Shown here: positions 27,895 through 37,581 of the stretch, in pieces
Layout: each line of letters opens with the position of its first letter
Numbering within the stretch: position 1 is the first letter of the stretch
Assembly (NCBI GenBank): GCA_021803205.1
Contig: JAJZMB010000020.1
Coordinates: 87,912-151,911, forward strand
Direction: 5' to 3'
Source: Bacillota bacterium
GTDB taxonomy: Bacteria; Bacillota; Sulfobacillia; RBS10-35; JAJYVN01
Length of the DNA stretch: 64,000 bases
Notes under the pieces: generated by a model
Databases searched by the model: none
What the model was told of the DNA's origin: nothing
The model's input: the letters and a program-made list of their open reading frames with translations, nothing else
Made by a program: the position numbers and the translations under genes

Positions 27895-29301
27895 ATGCCC
27901 CGTTACGGTTTCGACTCGCTCTCGGACGCGCGCTTCATCTGGCGGCAGGCCGTGGGGGCTGCCGGACAAGCCCCGGACTTCTGGATCCGGTACATCGGCG
28001 GGGCCGGTGCGGTGACAGCCGCCGAAGTGGCGGCCCTGCACAGTCTGGGCGTGGCCGTGGGCCTGCTCTACAACGCCACCACGTCCACCCGGGTACAGGG
28101 AACCGCGGCGGACGGGGCCGCCGACGCCCGGCAGGCCATCGCCGCCGCGCAGGCCCTCGGCGCCCCCGCCAACGTGCGGTTGGGGCTTGATCTGGAGGCC
28201 GGTTGGCAGCCCTCGGCCGACTACGTGATCGGCTGGGCACGGGCGCAGGCCGCCGGGCCGTTCGCCGGGTCCGGTCTGGTCTACGGCGCACCGTATGATC
28301 CGGGCTTTCAGGGCGCCATGCAAGGCGCGCAGGAAGCCGGGGGTGCCGCGGCCGCTCTGGTGCTCTGGTCGGCGCAGCCGGAACCGGGACCGACGCCGGT
28401 CCCCGAATGGGGGCCCGCCACCTGCTGGAACTACCCGGTGGTCCTGTGGCAGTTCGCGGAGGCCGCGTTCGGCGGGATCGTCGACCTGGACCTGGCGGCA
28501 GACGGGTACTCCGGTCTCTGGGAGGTGCCCGTGCCCACCTTCAGCGATGTGCCGGAGGACGCCTGGTACACCCCGGATGTCTCCGCGGCCGTCGCGGCCG
28601 GCCTGATGCAGGGCGTCGGCGGGAATCGCTTCGCACCGGAGGCGGACGCGACGCGGGCCGACCTCGCCGCGGTCGGCGCCCGCATCGCCGAGCGGTGGGG
28701 ATGGGCCGCGACGACTGTGCCCGTGCCCCCGTTCGGAGACGTGCCGGCGGACGCCTGGTACTCGCTCAGCGTGGACGAGGCCGTCGCGGCCGGCCTGATG
28801 CAGGGCGTCGGGGATGGACTGTTCGATCCAGAGGCCGCCGCCACCCGGGCGGACCTCGCCGCCGTCGCCGCGCGCATCGCGCTGCGGGCGGGCTGGGTCA
28901 CCTCGAACGTGTCCGCGTCCGACTTCGGAGACGTGCCGGCGGACGCCTGGTACTCGCTCAGCGTGGACGAGGCCGTCGCGGCCGGCCTGATGCAGGGCGT
29001 CGGCGGCGGCAGGTTCGCGCCGGGCGCGGACGCGGTGCGGGCGGATCTCGCCGCGGTGGCGGCGCGGATCGCGGAAAGGGCGGGGTGGGTTGCCGCGATC
29101 ACGGCGGCGGGGGCCAACGCGGGTGCGGCCGCCGCAGGCGCCACAGGGAGTGGAGTTGCTGCGGGGGGGACCAGGAGCCCCACATCGCCGGTCTCGGCAG
29201 CCCCTGCGGAGACTCCCGCCGGGACACGGCCGGCACGCCTCGGCCTGTGCCGGCTCAGCGGGCTCTGGCGGTGGATGCGGGAGCTATGGCCGCACGCATG
29301 A
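27895..29301 (+). CDS. DUF1906 (Rv2525c-like glycoside-hydrolase-like) domain protein with three SLH domains
   Basis: The N-terminal ~210 aa are DUF1906-like (FWIRYIGG...GLLYN...LDLE). There are three copies of F.DVP.DAWY...V.AAVAAGLMQGVG...F.P....TRADLAAV. Confidence 0.8.
   Translation: MPRYGFDSLSDARFIWRQAVGAAGQAPDFWIRYIGGAGAVTAAEVAALHSLGVAVGLLYNATTSTRVQGTAADGAADARQAIAAAQALGAPANVRLGLDLEAGWQPSADYVIGWARAQAAGPFAGSGLVYGAPYDPGFQGAMQGAQEAGGAAAALVLWSAQPEPGPTPVPEWGPATCWNYPVVLWQFAEAAFGGIVDLDLAADGYSGLWEVPVPTFSDVPEDAWYTPDVSAAVAAGLMQGVGGNRFAPEADATRADLAAVGARIAERWGWAATTVPVPPFGDVPADAWYSLSVDEAVAAGLMQGVGDGLFDPEAAATRADLAAVAARIALRAGWVTSNVSASDFGDVPADAWYSLSVDEAVAAGLMQGVGGGRFAPGADAVRADLAAVAARIAERAGWVAAITAAGANAGAAAAGATGSGVAAGGTRSPTSPVSAAPAETPAGTRPARLGLCRLSGLWRWMRELWPHA
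28732..29003 (+). repeat. 80-bp perfect direct repeat inside the SLH region (SLH2 versus SLH3)
   Basis: 28732-28811 and 28924-29003 are identical (ttcggagacgtgccggcggacgcctggtactcgctcagcgtggacgaggccgtcgcggccggcctgatgcagggcgtcgg), offset by 192 bp (64 codons). Confidence 0.85.
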
Positions 29302-29543
29302 GGACAACTCAAGGGGACGGGCCAGGCGGGGTGGCCGCCGCCACAGTCCGCCGCCACCCCGTCACCCCCGTCACCTTGAGGGCCTCTGAACTCCGGCTCC
29401 CTCCTGGCCCGGCGGTACCGGTCACACCCCGAGCTCGCAGGCACGGCGGAGACCGCTGACCGGCTGTCGCCCACCTCGGCCCGCGCGCGGGCAGGGGCGG
29501 CCGGGCTCCGCCGGGTCCCTGGCCACCCCTGCTATAGGCCGGT

Positions 29544-30431
29544 TCAGATCACCGGCAGCTTGACCGCCTCTCCGCCCTCCTGGGACGAGCGCAACGCGCA
29601 TTCCTGGAAGGCCACGGCCTCGACGAGTTCCTGCGGCGAGACGGGCGATGGACCTCCGGCGAGGACCCGGACGACGACCTCCAGCAGGTTGTGGTAGATC
29701 CAGGCCGTGCCGGCGGCCGTGGCCTTAACCCCCTTTTCCCCGTAGGCCACAAAACCATACCCGCGGGCGCTGGCGCGCAGGCCCCGCACGCCGCCCATGC
29801 GGCCGTCGGCCCAGGTCCCGAGGACATCGTCCGCGCCCTCAGTGGAAACGCAGCGCACCGTGCGGCAGCCCGGCCCCCCCATGAGCGTGTAGAGCATCTC
29901 CACCCCGTGCACGCCGTAGTGGAACAGACCGGGATTGCCGGGGTGCAGGGACGCCGGCGCCCAGGTCTGGGCGCCGAGCACGCGGCCCACCTCCAGGGAC
30001 TGCACCTCGGGCGCAAAGCGCAGCGATGAGGCGGACAGCAGCGGGGCGCGCCCGCGGGCGGCCGCCTCCACCATGGCCGCGGCGTCGGCGACCGAGCAGG
30101 CGAAGGGCTTGTCGACGAAGACCGGCACCCCGGAGCGCAGGAGCGGAACAGCCAGCGCGGCGTGGGTGGACCCCTGCTGTGCCTCCAGCAGCACGGCGTC
30201 CACCTTCAGGTCCTCCGGGCGATCCACAATGTCGATCTCGTAGCCGCGCAGGGTTGCCACGAAGCCCGGCAGCCGGTCCGGCACGATCTCGGAGGTGCCC
30301 GGCCAGGCGGCCACGACGGAGGCCCCTTCAACCCATTGCTCGGCGGCGATGTCGCGGTGATTGAGGCGCTTGCTGAACTCCACGACATGGCTGGAGTCGC
30401 AGCCGAGGATCCCGAGGCGGAGACCGGACAT
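29544..30431 (-). CDS. Gfo/Idh/MocA-family oxidoreductase
   Basis: MSGLRLGILGCDSSHVVEF...VFVDKPFA... ATG lies 8 nt after GAAAGGGG. Confidence 0.8.
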   Translation of the reverse strand: MSGLRLGILGCDSSHVVEFSKRLNHRDIAAEQWVEGASVVAAWPGTSEIVPDRLPGFVATLRGYEIDIVDRPEDLKVDAVLLEAQQGSTHAALAVPLLRSGVPVFVDKPFACSVADAAAMVEAAARGRAPLLSASSLRFAPEVQSLEVGRVLGAQTWAPASLHPGNPGLFHYGVHGVEMLYTLMGGPGCRTVRCVSTEGADDVLGTWADGRMGGVRGLRASARGYGFVAYGEKGVKATAAGTAWIYHNLLEVVVRVLAGGPSPVSPQELVEAVAFQECALRSSQEGGEAVKLPVI

Positions 30432-31086
30432 GAGGTCTACCCCTTTCGCCGACGCGCCCGCCACAGCGGTTGCCGTCCACCGCATCGTACGCCGAGGCGC
30501 GCGCGACCCCTGCGCGACGGCGCGGACCCGGCGCAGACCGTTTCGGCGCCAGCCCGGCGCCAATTCCGCCCGCGGGCTCGTCCCAATATATGCGCCGGAA
30601 CACCGGGCGCAGTCCCGCGGAGGACGGTGGCGTTGTTGAGGGACGCGCGGAAGAATCGCCGCGCCGGCAGGTGCACGGGCGGTGGGTGCGGGTGTGGTTG
30701 CGGGGGCAGGGCGCGGCGAAGCCCGCCGCTGCCCGCCGCAATGCCCGTCGACGCATTATGCCGCTCGATGGCGCCAGTGTGTGATCGCCGGCCCCCGCGC
30801 CCCGCCGTAGTATCCGGCCCGCGCCCGCCGCAGGACCGCTGGCGGCACTGGGCTGGCCAGGCCGTCCGGGATTGGGCCGCGACGTCGTCGCGGCTTTCTC
30901 CCGTGCCGGCCCCTGCCGCCCGTGGGATGCCTCCGCCTCGCGCTGGTGCCGGAGACGGCGGGATCGACGCACCCGGCAGGCGGAGATCGTCGGACGGCGA
31001 AAGGACGGGGGTCGAGCGGGCGGGCGCGCCGACGGCGGACAGTGGCGGTCGGAACCACTGGGCGAAGGGGCGATGCGCGTGGCCGG

Positions 31087-33447
31087 GTGCGTGGGCGCGG
31101 GGTGGTGACGGGGGGTGCGGCCGTCGGCCGGCGGGGCCGCATCCGCGCTGCCGGACGGCAGGCCCTGCAGCAGTTGGGGGACGCGCCGCTGGCGGAGCCG
31201 GCGCGCCTGGTGGGTCTGGCGGTGCTGGTGGGCGTAGTCGGAGGCCTCGGCGCCCTTGTCTTCCGCTGGTTGATCCACGTCTTCCGTATGTTTTTCATCG
31301 GCTTCCTGCTCGGACCCGGCGCCGGGTGGCCGCCGGCCGTGCAGGCGGATCTGCGCTTCCTCGCGCCGGTCCTCGGCCTGCTGCTGGTCGGTGTCATCAC
31401 CACCTACCTCGCCTCGGAGGTCAAGGGCCATGGGGTGCCTCAGATCCTGGAGGCCCTGGCCCTGCGTGGCGGGCGGATCCGTCCGCGGGTGGCGCTGTTC
31501 GGCATCCTCGCCCCGGCCATCACCATCGGTGCCGAGGGCTCTGTCGGGCGCGAAGGGCCCATCGCGCTGATTGGGGCGGCGTTCGGCTCGCTCATCGGCC
31601 AGATCCTCCGTCTGGCGGATCAGCAGACGTCGCTCCTGGTCGCCTGCGGCGCCGCCGCGGGCATCGGCGCCACGTTCAACGCGCCGGTCGCCGGCGCGCT
31701 GTTCGGCCTGGAGATCGTCCTCGGCAGCTACGCCATGGGCGCGCTCGTCCCGTGCTTCGTCGCCTCCGTCACCGGCGTCACCCTGTTCGACTGGATCCAC
31801 GGCTCCCAGCCGGTGCTACCGACCCCGTCCTTCCAGTTCGTCCACCCCTTCGGCGTGGTGTTCATGCTGCCCCTGGGCCTGCTCGCCGGGGGGGTTGCCC
31901 TCGCATATACACGCGGCCTGAACCTGGTCGAGGATCTCCACGAGCGCCTGCGCTGGGGTTTCGCCGGCAAGGCCGTTGTCGGCGGCCTGGCCGTGGGGCT
32001 GGTGGGCTTCGCGCTGCCCCAGGTGCTCGGCGTGGGCTATGCCCCCATGGAGGCGGCCGCGGCGGGCCGGGTGGTCGTTGGAACTCTTGTTCTTCTTTTG
32101 ATCGGCAAGTACGTCGCGACCTTGCTCACCATCGGCTCCGGCGGCTCCGGCGGGGTCTTCGCGCCCAGCCTCTACCTGGGGGTCATGCTGGGCGGGGCAT
32201 ACGGCGGCCTGCTCCACGGCTGGCTCCCCGGATACACCTCCCCCGCGCCCCTTTACGCCGTCGCCGGCATGGGGGCGGTGTTCGCCGCCGCGGCCCAGGC
32301 ACCGCTGACGGCGGCGACGATCATCCTGGAGATGACCGGGGACTATCGCCTGGTGACCGGGGTCATGGCCGCCTGCGCCGTCAGCTACCTCTTCTACGGC
32401 TCCCTGGCCCGCGACTCCATGTATACCGTCCGCCTGACGCGGCGGGGGATCCAGATCCTGCGCGGCGCCGAGGTGCGCCCGCTGCAGCGCGTATCGGTGG
32501 AGGCAGCCATGGACCGCCAGGTAATGCGGCTCGACCTTCGAGACAGCGCCGAGCACGCCTACCAGGAACTCGCGGCACGCGGGGCACGCGGCGCGCTGGT
32601 ACTCGACGAGGCGGGCGGCCTTTGGGGGGTGCTGGACGGGGAGCAGGCTGTCGGCGCCGCTGGCTCGGCGCGGGACGCGCGCACGGTCGGGGAACTGGCC
32701 CGGCGCGACGTGCCGGTGCTCACACCGGAGTCCTCGCTGGATGACGCCATGCGTCGCTTCGGTATCCTCAACACCAACCTGATCCCGGTGGTGGCGGACA
32801 AGCAGGCGACCCAGATACTGGGTGCCGTCACCCAGGAGGCGGTGCTGAAAGCCTATTACCGCCACACGGTACTGACGATGGAACTGCAGAGCCGGCTGGA
32901 CCTCGTGCCCAAGGAGCGGCACCGGCAGGAGGGGCGATTCCGGGAGATCACCCTGCCCCTGACCTGGTCGCCGGGCCGGGGGGTACGCGTCGCGGTGATC
33001 GGCGCCAACCTCCCCCGCGGCGTCGTCCTGGTCGCCGTGACCCGCGGCGAGGACGAGATCGTCGTCCGCGGCGAGACGGAACTGCGGGGCGGCGACCGCG
33101 TGCTGCTGTACGCGGCGGAGGAGGGGCACCTGACGGCCGCCGAACGCATCCTCCAGCAGGGGCCCTCCATGCCCAGGCGCGGTCGGGGAACATTTGAGAC
33201 CATCGTTGTGGGGTGGAAGCCGAACACCGAGGTGCCCGTGCGGAACCTGGGACTCCCACGGGACGTGCTGCTGGTGTCGCTGGTGCGGGGAGAGACGACG
33301 CTGGTCCCCACCGGCTCCACCAAGCTTGTTCCCGGGGACGTGGTGGTCCTCTACGCCACGGACACGGAGCGGCTGGCCGCGGCCGTGCACCTGCTGGCGG
33401 AGGGCCCGGCCGGACCGGCGCCCGGGCCGGAGGCGGCGTCGCCGTAG
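31087..33447 (+). CDS. ClC chloride channel/antiporter with a C-terminal CBS pair and two TrkA-C (RCK_C) domains
   Basis: GHGVPQ, GREGPIALIG, GATFNAPVAGALFGLE and GSGGVFAPSLYLG motifs. Then CBS-like segments and two ...GDRVLLYA.../...GDVVVLYA... RCK_C-like repeats. The start is uncertain (31087-31105). Confidence 0.85.
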   Translation: MRGRGVVTGGAAVGRRGRIRAAGRQALQQLGDAPLAEPARLVGLAVLVGVVGGLGALVFRWLIHVFRMFFIGFLLGPGAGWPPAVQADLRFLAPVLGLLLVGVITTYLASEVKGHGVPQILEALALRGGRIRPRVALFGILAPAITIGAEGSVGREGPIALIGAAFGSLIGQILRLADQQTSLLVACGAAAGIGATFNAPVAGALFGLEIVLGSYAMGALVPCFVASVTGVTLFDWIHGSQPVLPTPSFQFVHPFGVVFMLPLGLLAGGVALAYTRGLNLVEDLHERLRWGFAGKAVVGGLAVGLVGFALPQVLGVGYAPMEAAAAGRVVVGTLVLLLIGKYVATLLTIGSGGSGGVFAPSLYLGVMLGGAYGGLLHGWLPGYTSPAPLYAVAGMGAVFAAAAQAPLTAATIILEMTGDYRLVTGVMAACAVSYLFYGSLARDSMYTVRLTRRGIQILRGAEVRPLQRVSVEAAMDRQVMRLDLRDSAEHAYQELAARGARGALVLDEAGGLWGVLDGEQAVGAAGSARDARTVGELARRDVPVLTPESSLDDAMRRFGILNTNLIPVVADKQATQILGAVTQEAVLKAYYRHTVLTMELQSRLDLVPKERHRQEGRFREITLPLTWSPGRGVRVAVIGANLPRGVVLVAVTRGEDEIVVRGETELRGGDRVLLYAAEEGHLTAAERILQQGPSMPRRGRGTFETIVVGWKPNTEVPVRNLGLPRDVLLVSLVRGETTLVPTGSTKLVPGDVVVLYATDTERLAAAVHLLAEGPAGPAPGPEAASP

Positions 33448-33730
33448 GGGTCCATGGCGGTGACGGGGCACCGACGGGCGCCGCAACGCGCTTGGACCGC
33501 ACAGTCCCACGCATGCCGGCGGCCCCTTTCCGGCCTGATCGCTGTCGTGGGCGCGGTTTTTGCATCCGCCCGCTGGCGGCGTTTCCCGCCCTCGCCAGCT
33601 TGCACCGACCGCCAAGCGGTCACTCTTGGGGACACGAGGCAATGCAGTCGTTGCCCCCCTATAAACACCGCTGCCCGCAGCGACCAGCCAAACGTGCCGT
33701 TTGCGCTTGCCGAGCAGCGGAACATCGCGG

Positions 33731-35230
33731 TCACGCCCCCCGGGCGAACATGCCGGCGATCCGCGCGTCTTCGGTCCGCAGCGCGCTGCGCTGCTCGGCG
33801 AAACTGGGAGAGGTCGCTTGGCCGCCGACCTGCTCGAGGGCGTCGATCTGTTCGGCGATCCCCTGCAGCCCCGGCGTAACCGCGACCTTGCGCGCAGCGA
33901 TCGCCGCCAAACCGGTCGCGATCTGGGTGCGTGCCCCCACCGGGTCGTAGGTGTAAAACGGAGCGGGAATCCCATAGCCCTGTTGGGCCGCCTCCCGGTA
34001 GTATTTCAAGGCGATGCCGCGCAGCGGCGGGGCGGCGGCCACGATCGCCGCCTCCCAATCACCCCAGAGGCTGTTCAACGACGGCTCGAGTAAGGCGGTC
34101 TTGATGATGAAGCGCTGCCATTCCGGTTCTGCCGCCAGCCAGCGCAGAAGGGTCCATGCTTGATCCGGGTAGCGGCTGGCCCGGTTCAGGGCCCAGAAGT
34201 CCTTGTTGGTGTATGTGTAACGACCGTGCGGGAACTGCGGCAGGGGCAGGAGGTTCCATTTGACCTTGGTGCCGAGCCGGGTGGCCTCCTGGAAGACATC
34301 CCAGCCACCGACGGCTGAAAAGACTGCGCTGCCGTCGACCAGTGGCGTAACGTCCCGGCGGTAGGTGATCACCTCGGCGAAGAGCAGGTCGTAGAACCAT
34401 TGGACCGCCTGGATACACGCAGGTGAGGCGAGGAGGCAGTGTGTGCCGCTCGCGTCCATCTCTGTACCGCCGAATCCGCGCAACAGATACTCCCAGCCGT
34501 CGTACCACTGCAGGCAGGCCCCGTAGCGGCGCGTACCTCCAGCGTGATTCGCGCAGGCCTGCCACAGGTGCGCCGCCTCTTGGTAGGTCCAGTCGGGGGA
34601 AGGATAGCTGAGCCCCAGCGTGTCGAGGATATCCTGGCGGTAACCCAACACCTGTGGTCCGTCATACATAGGCAAGCCAAGTTGTCTGCCGGCCGAGCGC
34701 AGAACGGCGACGTGACCCTGTGACCACAGGCTTGTAGCGATGTTGTCCTGGCGCAGCAGGTTATCCAGCGGTGCCAGGATGTCGGCGTCACGCATCGCGG
34801 CGAAGCTGACGCAGCACTCGCCGATAACGTCGGGGTAATTCGAGCCGCCAAGGGATGCGGTGATGATCTGCGCCGACTTGCCGCAACAGATACCCCAGGG
34901 GACGGCCCGCACGCCCTTGGTACGTGCATTGAAGGTTTGGTCGAGATACTGCTGCACCAGGGCCGTGGTGGTGGCGTTCCACGCCGCCCCATTTGCCCAG
35001 TGAAACTGGAAGGTGAGGACCAGCGGCCCCCCGCGCGCGGCCGGACGCGCCGATGTCTGGCCGGCACACCCGGCGAGCACGGGCAGCGCAGCGAGCACGG
35101 CACCTGCACTCCTGGCCAGGACTTCGCGCCGGCGCCAGGTGCGCCCGCCCCTCCACCAACCGCCTGCCGCCGACCGGAGTCGCGAAAAACGCGGGTGTTT
35201 ACGGATGCCGGCGCATGGTCCGATGTTCAT
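33731..35230 (-). CDS. extracellular solute-binding lipoprotein (family 1 sugar SBP), paralog of 12056-14197 without the jelly-roll domain
   Basis: RRREVLARSAGAVLAALPVLAGCAG gives a TAT-like signal plus lipobox. It is colinear with the other SBP (…WQRFIIKTALLEPSLNSLWGDWEAAIVAAAPPLR…). Confidence 0.8.
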   Translation of the reverse strand: MNIGPCAGIRKHPRFSRLRSAAGGWWRGGRTWRRREVLARSAGAVLAALPVLAGCAGQTSARPAARGGPLVLTFQFHWANGAAWNATTTALVQQYLDQTFNARTKGVRAVPWGICCGKSAQIITASLGGSNYPDVIGECCVSFAAMRDADILAPLDNLLRQDNIATSLWSQGHVAVLRSAGRQLGLPMYDGPQVLGYRQDILDTLGLSYPSPDWTYQEAAHLWQACANHAGGTRRYGACLQWYDGWEYLLRGFGGTEMDASGTHCLLASPACIQAVQWFYDLLFAEVITYRRDVTPLVDGSAVFSAVGGWDVFQEATRLGTKVKWNLLPLPQFPHGRYTYTNKDFWALNRASRYPDQAWTLLRWLAAEPEWQRFIIKTALLEPSLNSLWGDWEAAIVAAAPPLRGIALKYYREAAQQGYGIPAPFYTYDPVGARTQIATGLAAIAARKVAVTPGLQGIAEQIDALEQVGGQATSPSFAEQRSALRTEDARIAGMFARGA

Positions 35231-35516
35231 ATGCCTTCCGCCTTTTTGGTAATGATCGGGCCACGTCCCCACCGCACCCCATGTTGACCAGTGCACGGGC
35301 ATCTGGAGAGTCTGGCCAGAGGCCTTTGTCCAGTTCCGTCCGCGAGATCGGCCCGTCGCGGGACTGGGCCACAAAGACCAACAGCGATTGCAGCCGCAGG
35401 GAAATGCCCGCGATGGCGGAGTCGACAACCCCACACGCATCAGGGCTGCCTGAGGGCGCCGTTGGCCGTTCCCGCTCCACGTCCGCGGCGTCCAGGGCCT
35501 CACCCACTTCGACCAT
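35199..35516 (-). CDS. small protein with a partial winged-helix (OmpR/SARP-type) DNA-binding motif; possibly a truncated regulator
   Basis: ATG lies 6 nt after GGAAGTGA. ...ISLRLQSLLVFVAQSRDGPISRTELDKGLWPD... matches the LL..L....G..VSR..L...LW pattern but the wing is missing. It overlaps the SBP start by 32 nt. Confidence 0.35.
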   Translation of the reverse strand: MVEVGEALDAADVERERPTAPSGSPDACGVVDSAIAGISLRLQSLLVFVAQSRDGPISRTELDKGLWPDSPDARALVNMGCGGDVARSLPKRRKAYEHRTMRRHP

Positions 35517-36258
35517 GAGAAATCACTTCCAGGCCCGCCCTATCGGCGCCATCCGGGCCTGACGCATCAGGCCCAAACAAGGGGGGCACGAGCAAGCGGG
35601 AGCCATGGCACCCGATTGCTCGTTGCGGCGTGAACTCCTGCCACTGCATCCAGGATCACAGGGCTCAGGAGGTCATCACCCCCAAGCGTGGGACCTGGGC
35701 GAGGCGCGACTCCTGACAAACGCTCCGCGTGGACAGACCGCACCCGCCCGCGGGCCCGCGACGTGGAACCTATCAGCCCGGCCACCCTCCTCTGAACCGC
35801 ACCCGTGCCCCGGCCATCGCTCCACAACGCCTGCCGCCAGCAGCCGATCAGGGTGTCATCGGGAGCGGTCGCACCGGCCGCGCGTCCCTCAGCTGCGTCT
35901 GGCCGGCACTCCGGGATGCCGCCGCCAAGGCGTGCTCCGCACCCTCAAGCCGCGCTCCCCGTCGCTGTTGCCTGACCCGGTCCGAACCACGACTCCGGCG
36001 GCTCCGCAGATCTGCGACAGCCGCCGCCATGGCTGCGCCATGAGATGCCGTGCCTTCCAAGAAACCCCTATCGCTGTCGGGTCGGTAATCCGTCACCGTA
36101 CCCGCACCCAACGACCGGCGGGCCCCGGCGCGGGGCGTCCGCGTCCACGGGGCAGACCGCCGGCTCCGCGGGGAAAACCGTACACCCCGACGGAGGTGTG
36201 CCTGCCGCCCGTCCCGAAGGGCGAATTGCTTCCATTGCGCCGACGGGGGGGTCCGTTC

Positions 36259-37224
36259 ATGCTGGAGCGTGGCGCCAGGGTCCTGATCATCGGCGGCACC
36301 CGGTACATCGGCCGGCACACCTGCATCGCGGCCCTCGTCGCCGGGGCGCGCTTGACGTTGCTCAACCGCGGCCAGGCACCGTTCGGCTGGCTCGCCGAAC
36401 ACCCGGAGGTCGACCGGCTCCAGGGCGACCGCCACGACCCCGCCGCGTTGGAAGCCGCCTTTTCGCGTGACTACGACGTCGTTTACGACATGATCGCCTA
36501 CCGCCCCGACGACATCCGCCCGCTGCTGCACACCTATGCCGACCGCATCGGCCACCTGGTCGTCTGCAGCACTACCAGCGTCTACGGGCCGGCGCTCTAC
36601 CAGCCCATCGACGAGGCACACCCCAGGGGGCCGCACCCGGCCTGGGGTGACTACAACCGAGGCAAGAACGCGGTCGAGGACCTGCTGGCGACCACGGACC
36701 GCGTCCGGACCACGGTGTTGCGGCCGCAATGGGTGTTCGGGCCGCACGACTACCAGCGCCTGGCCACGTTCTATCTTGTGCGGCTGGCGGCCGGCCTGCC
36801 GATCTGGCTCCCCCACGCGGGGATCGCGCAACTCAACTGGACCTATGCGCCCGACCTCGCGTCCGCCTTCCTCTTGGTCACGAGCCTCCCCGAGGCGGCG
36901 GGCCGGGCCTACAACGTGGCGTGCGACGAGACGCTGACCACGATCGACTTCATCCGGCTCTGCGCCCAGGTGCTGGGGGTCGCCGCGGACATCCGGCACT
37001 ACCGACCTGAGGACCTGCCCGGCGAACTGCGTGGGCAGAGGATCGGCCCGGTGCGCAACCTGCCGCTGGCGTGCAGCTCCCTTGCGCTCAAGGCCCTCTG
37101 CGACTTCCGGCCGACGCCGATGGCGGAAGCGCTGGTGCGTACGGTGGACTGGCTGCGCGGGAGCGGGGCCTTCGACGCCAACCAACTGACGCCGGTCGAG
37201 GAGTACCTGAACGCGCAGGGATGA
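36259..37224 (+). CDS. NAD-dependent epimerase/dehydratase family protein (extended SDR)
   Basis: VLIIGGTRYIGRH Rossmann motif, ...CSTTSVYG...DYNRGK (YxxxK-like). Confidence 0.8.
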   Translation: MLERGARVLIIGGTRYIGRHTCIAALVAGARLTLLNRGQAPFGWLAEHPEVDRLQGDRHDPAALEAAFSRDYDVVYDMIAYRPDDIRPLLHTYADRIGHLVVCSTTSVYGPALYQPIDEAHPRGPHPAWGDYNRGKNAVEDLLATTDRVRTTVLRPQWVFGPHDYQRLATFYLVRLAAGLPIWLPHAGIAQLNWTYAPDLASAFLLVTSLPEAAGRAYNVACDETLTTIDFIRLCAQVLGVAADIRHYRPEDLPGELRGQRIGPVRNLPLACSSLALKALCDFRPTPMAEALVRTVDWLRGSGAFDANQLTPVEEYLNAQG

Positions 37225-37581
37225 GCGTGTCCGCCCGACCAGATGCCGCACCTGGCGCCCGGCCGCCACCTGAGTCTTGGTCCGGCCGCCGAGGTTGCGG
37301 CCTGCGCCGACTCGACCATGGTCACTCAGGCTTTCCGCGCCGCTCGGCGCCTCGGTCACCAAGCCCCACTGACCCGGCCCCCGGGTGAACGCCGCGACGG
37401 CCCACCGCGCCAGGGGTGCAGCGGACATCCTTTTCGTTCAGCCGGAAGTGCACCGCGCAGAATAGACGACCGGTCGCCGCGTTCCGGCCGCGCCAGCGCC
37501 ACAGCAGCAGCCGCAGGCCAGGGAGTGCCGGAATCGGCCGCCACCATGGTGGCGGCACCACTCCCCCGCCTGCCGCTGCTG

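Noticed and set aside
30432-31086. Possible fluoride (crcB-motif) riboswitch in the 650-bp region upstream of the ClC gene
   Set aside because: No GGNGAUGG...CUGAUGAUNCCUAC-type core is present. The channel has the canonical chloride-type GREGP selectivity motif rather than the ClC-F signature.
33600-33720. Possible fifth, degenerate copy of the structured repeat (CTCTTGGGGACACGAGG...GAGCAGCGGAAC)
   Set aside because: Only short, scattered matches to two of the four conserved blocks are present. The terminal GCAARAGTC/GACTTTTGC ends are missing, so this is not distinguishable from chance.
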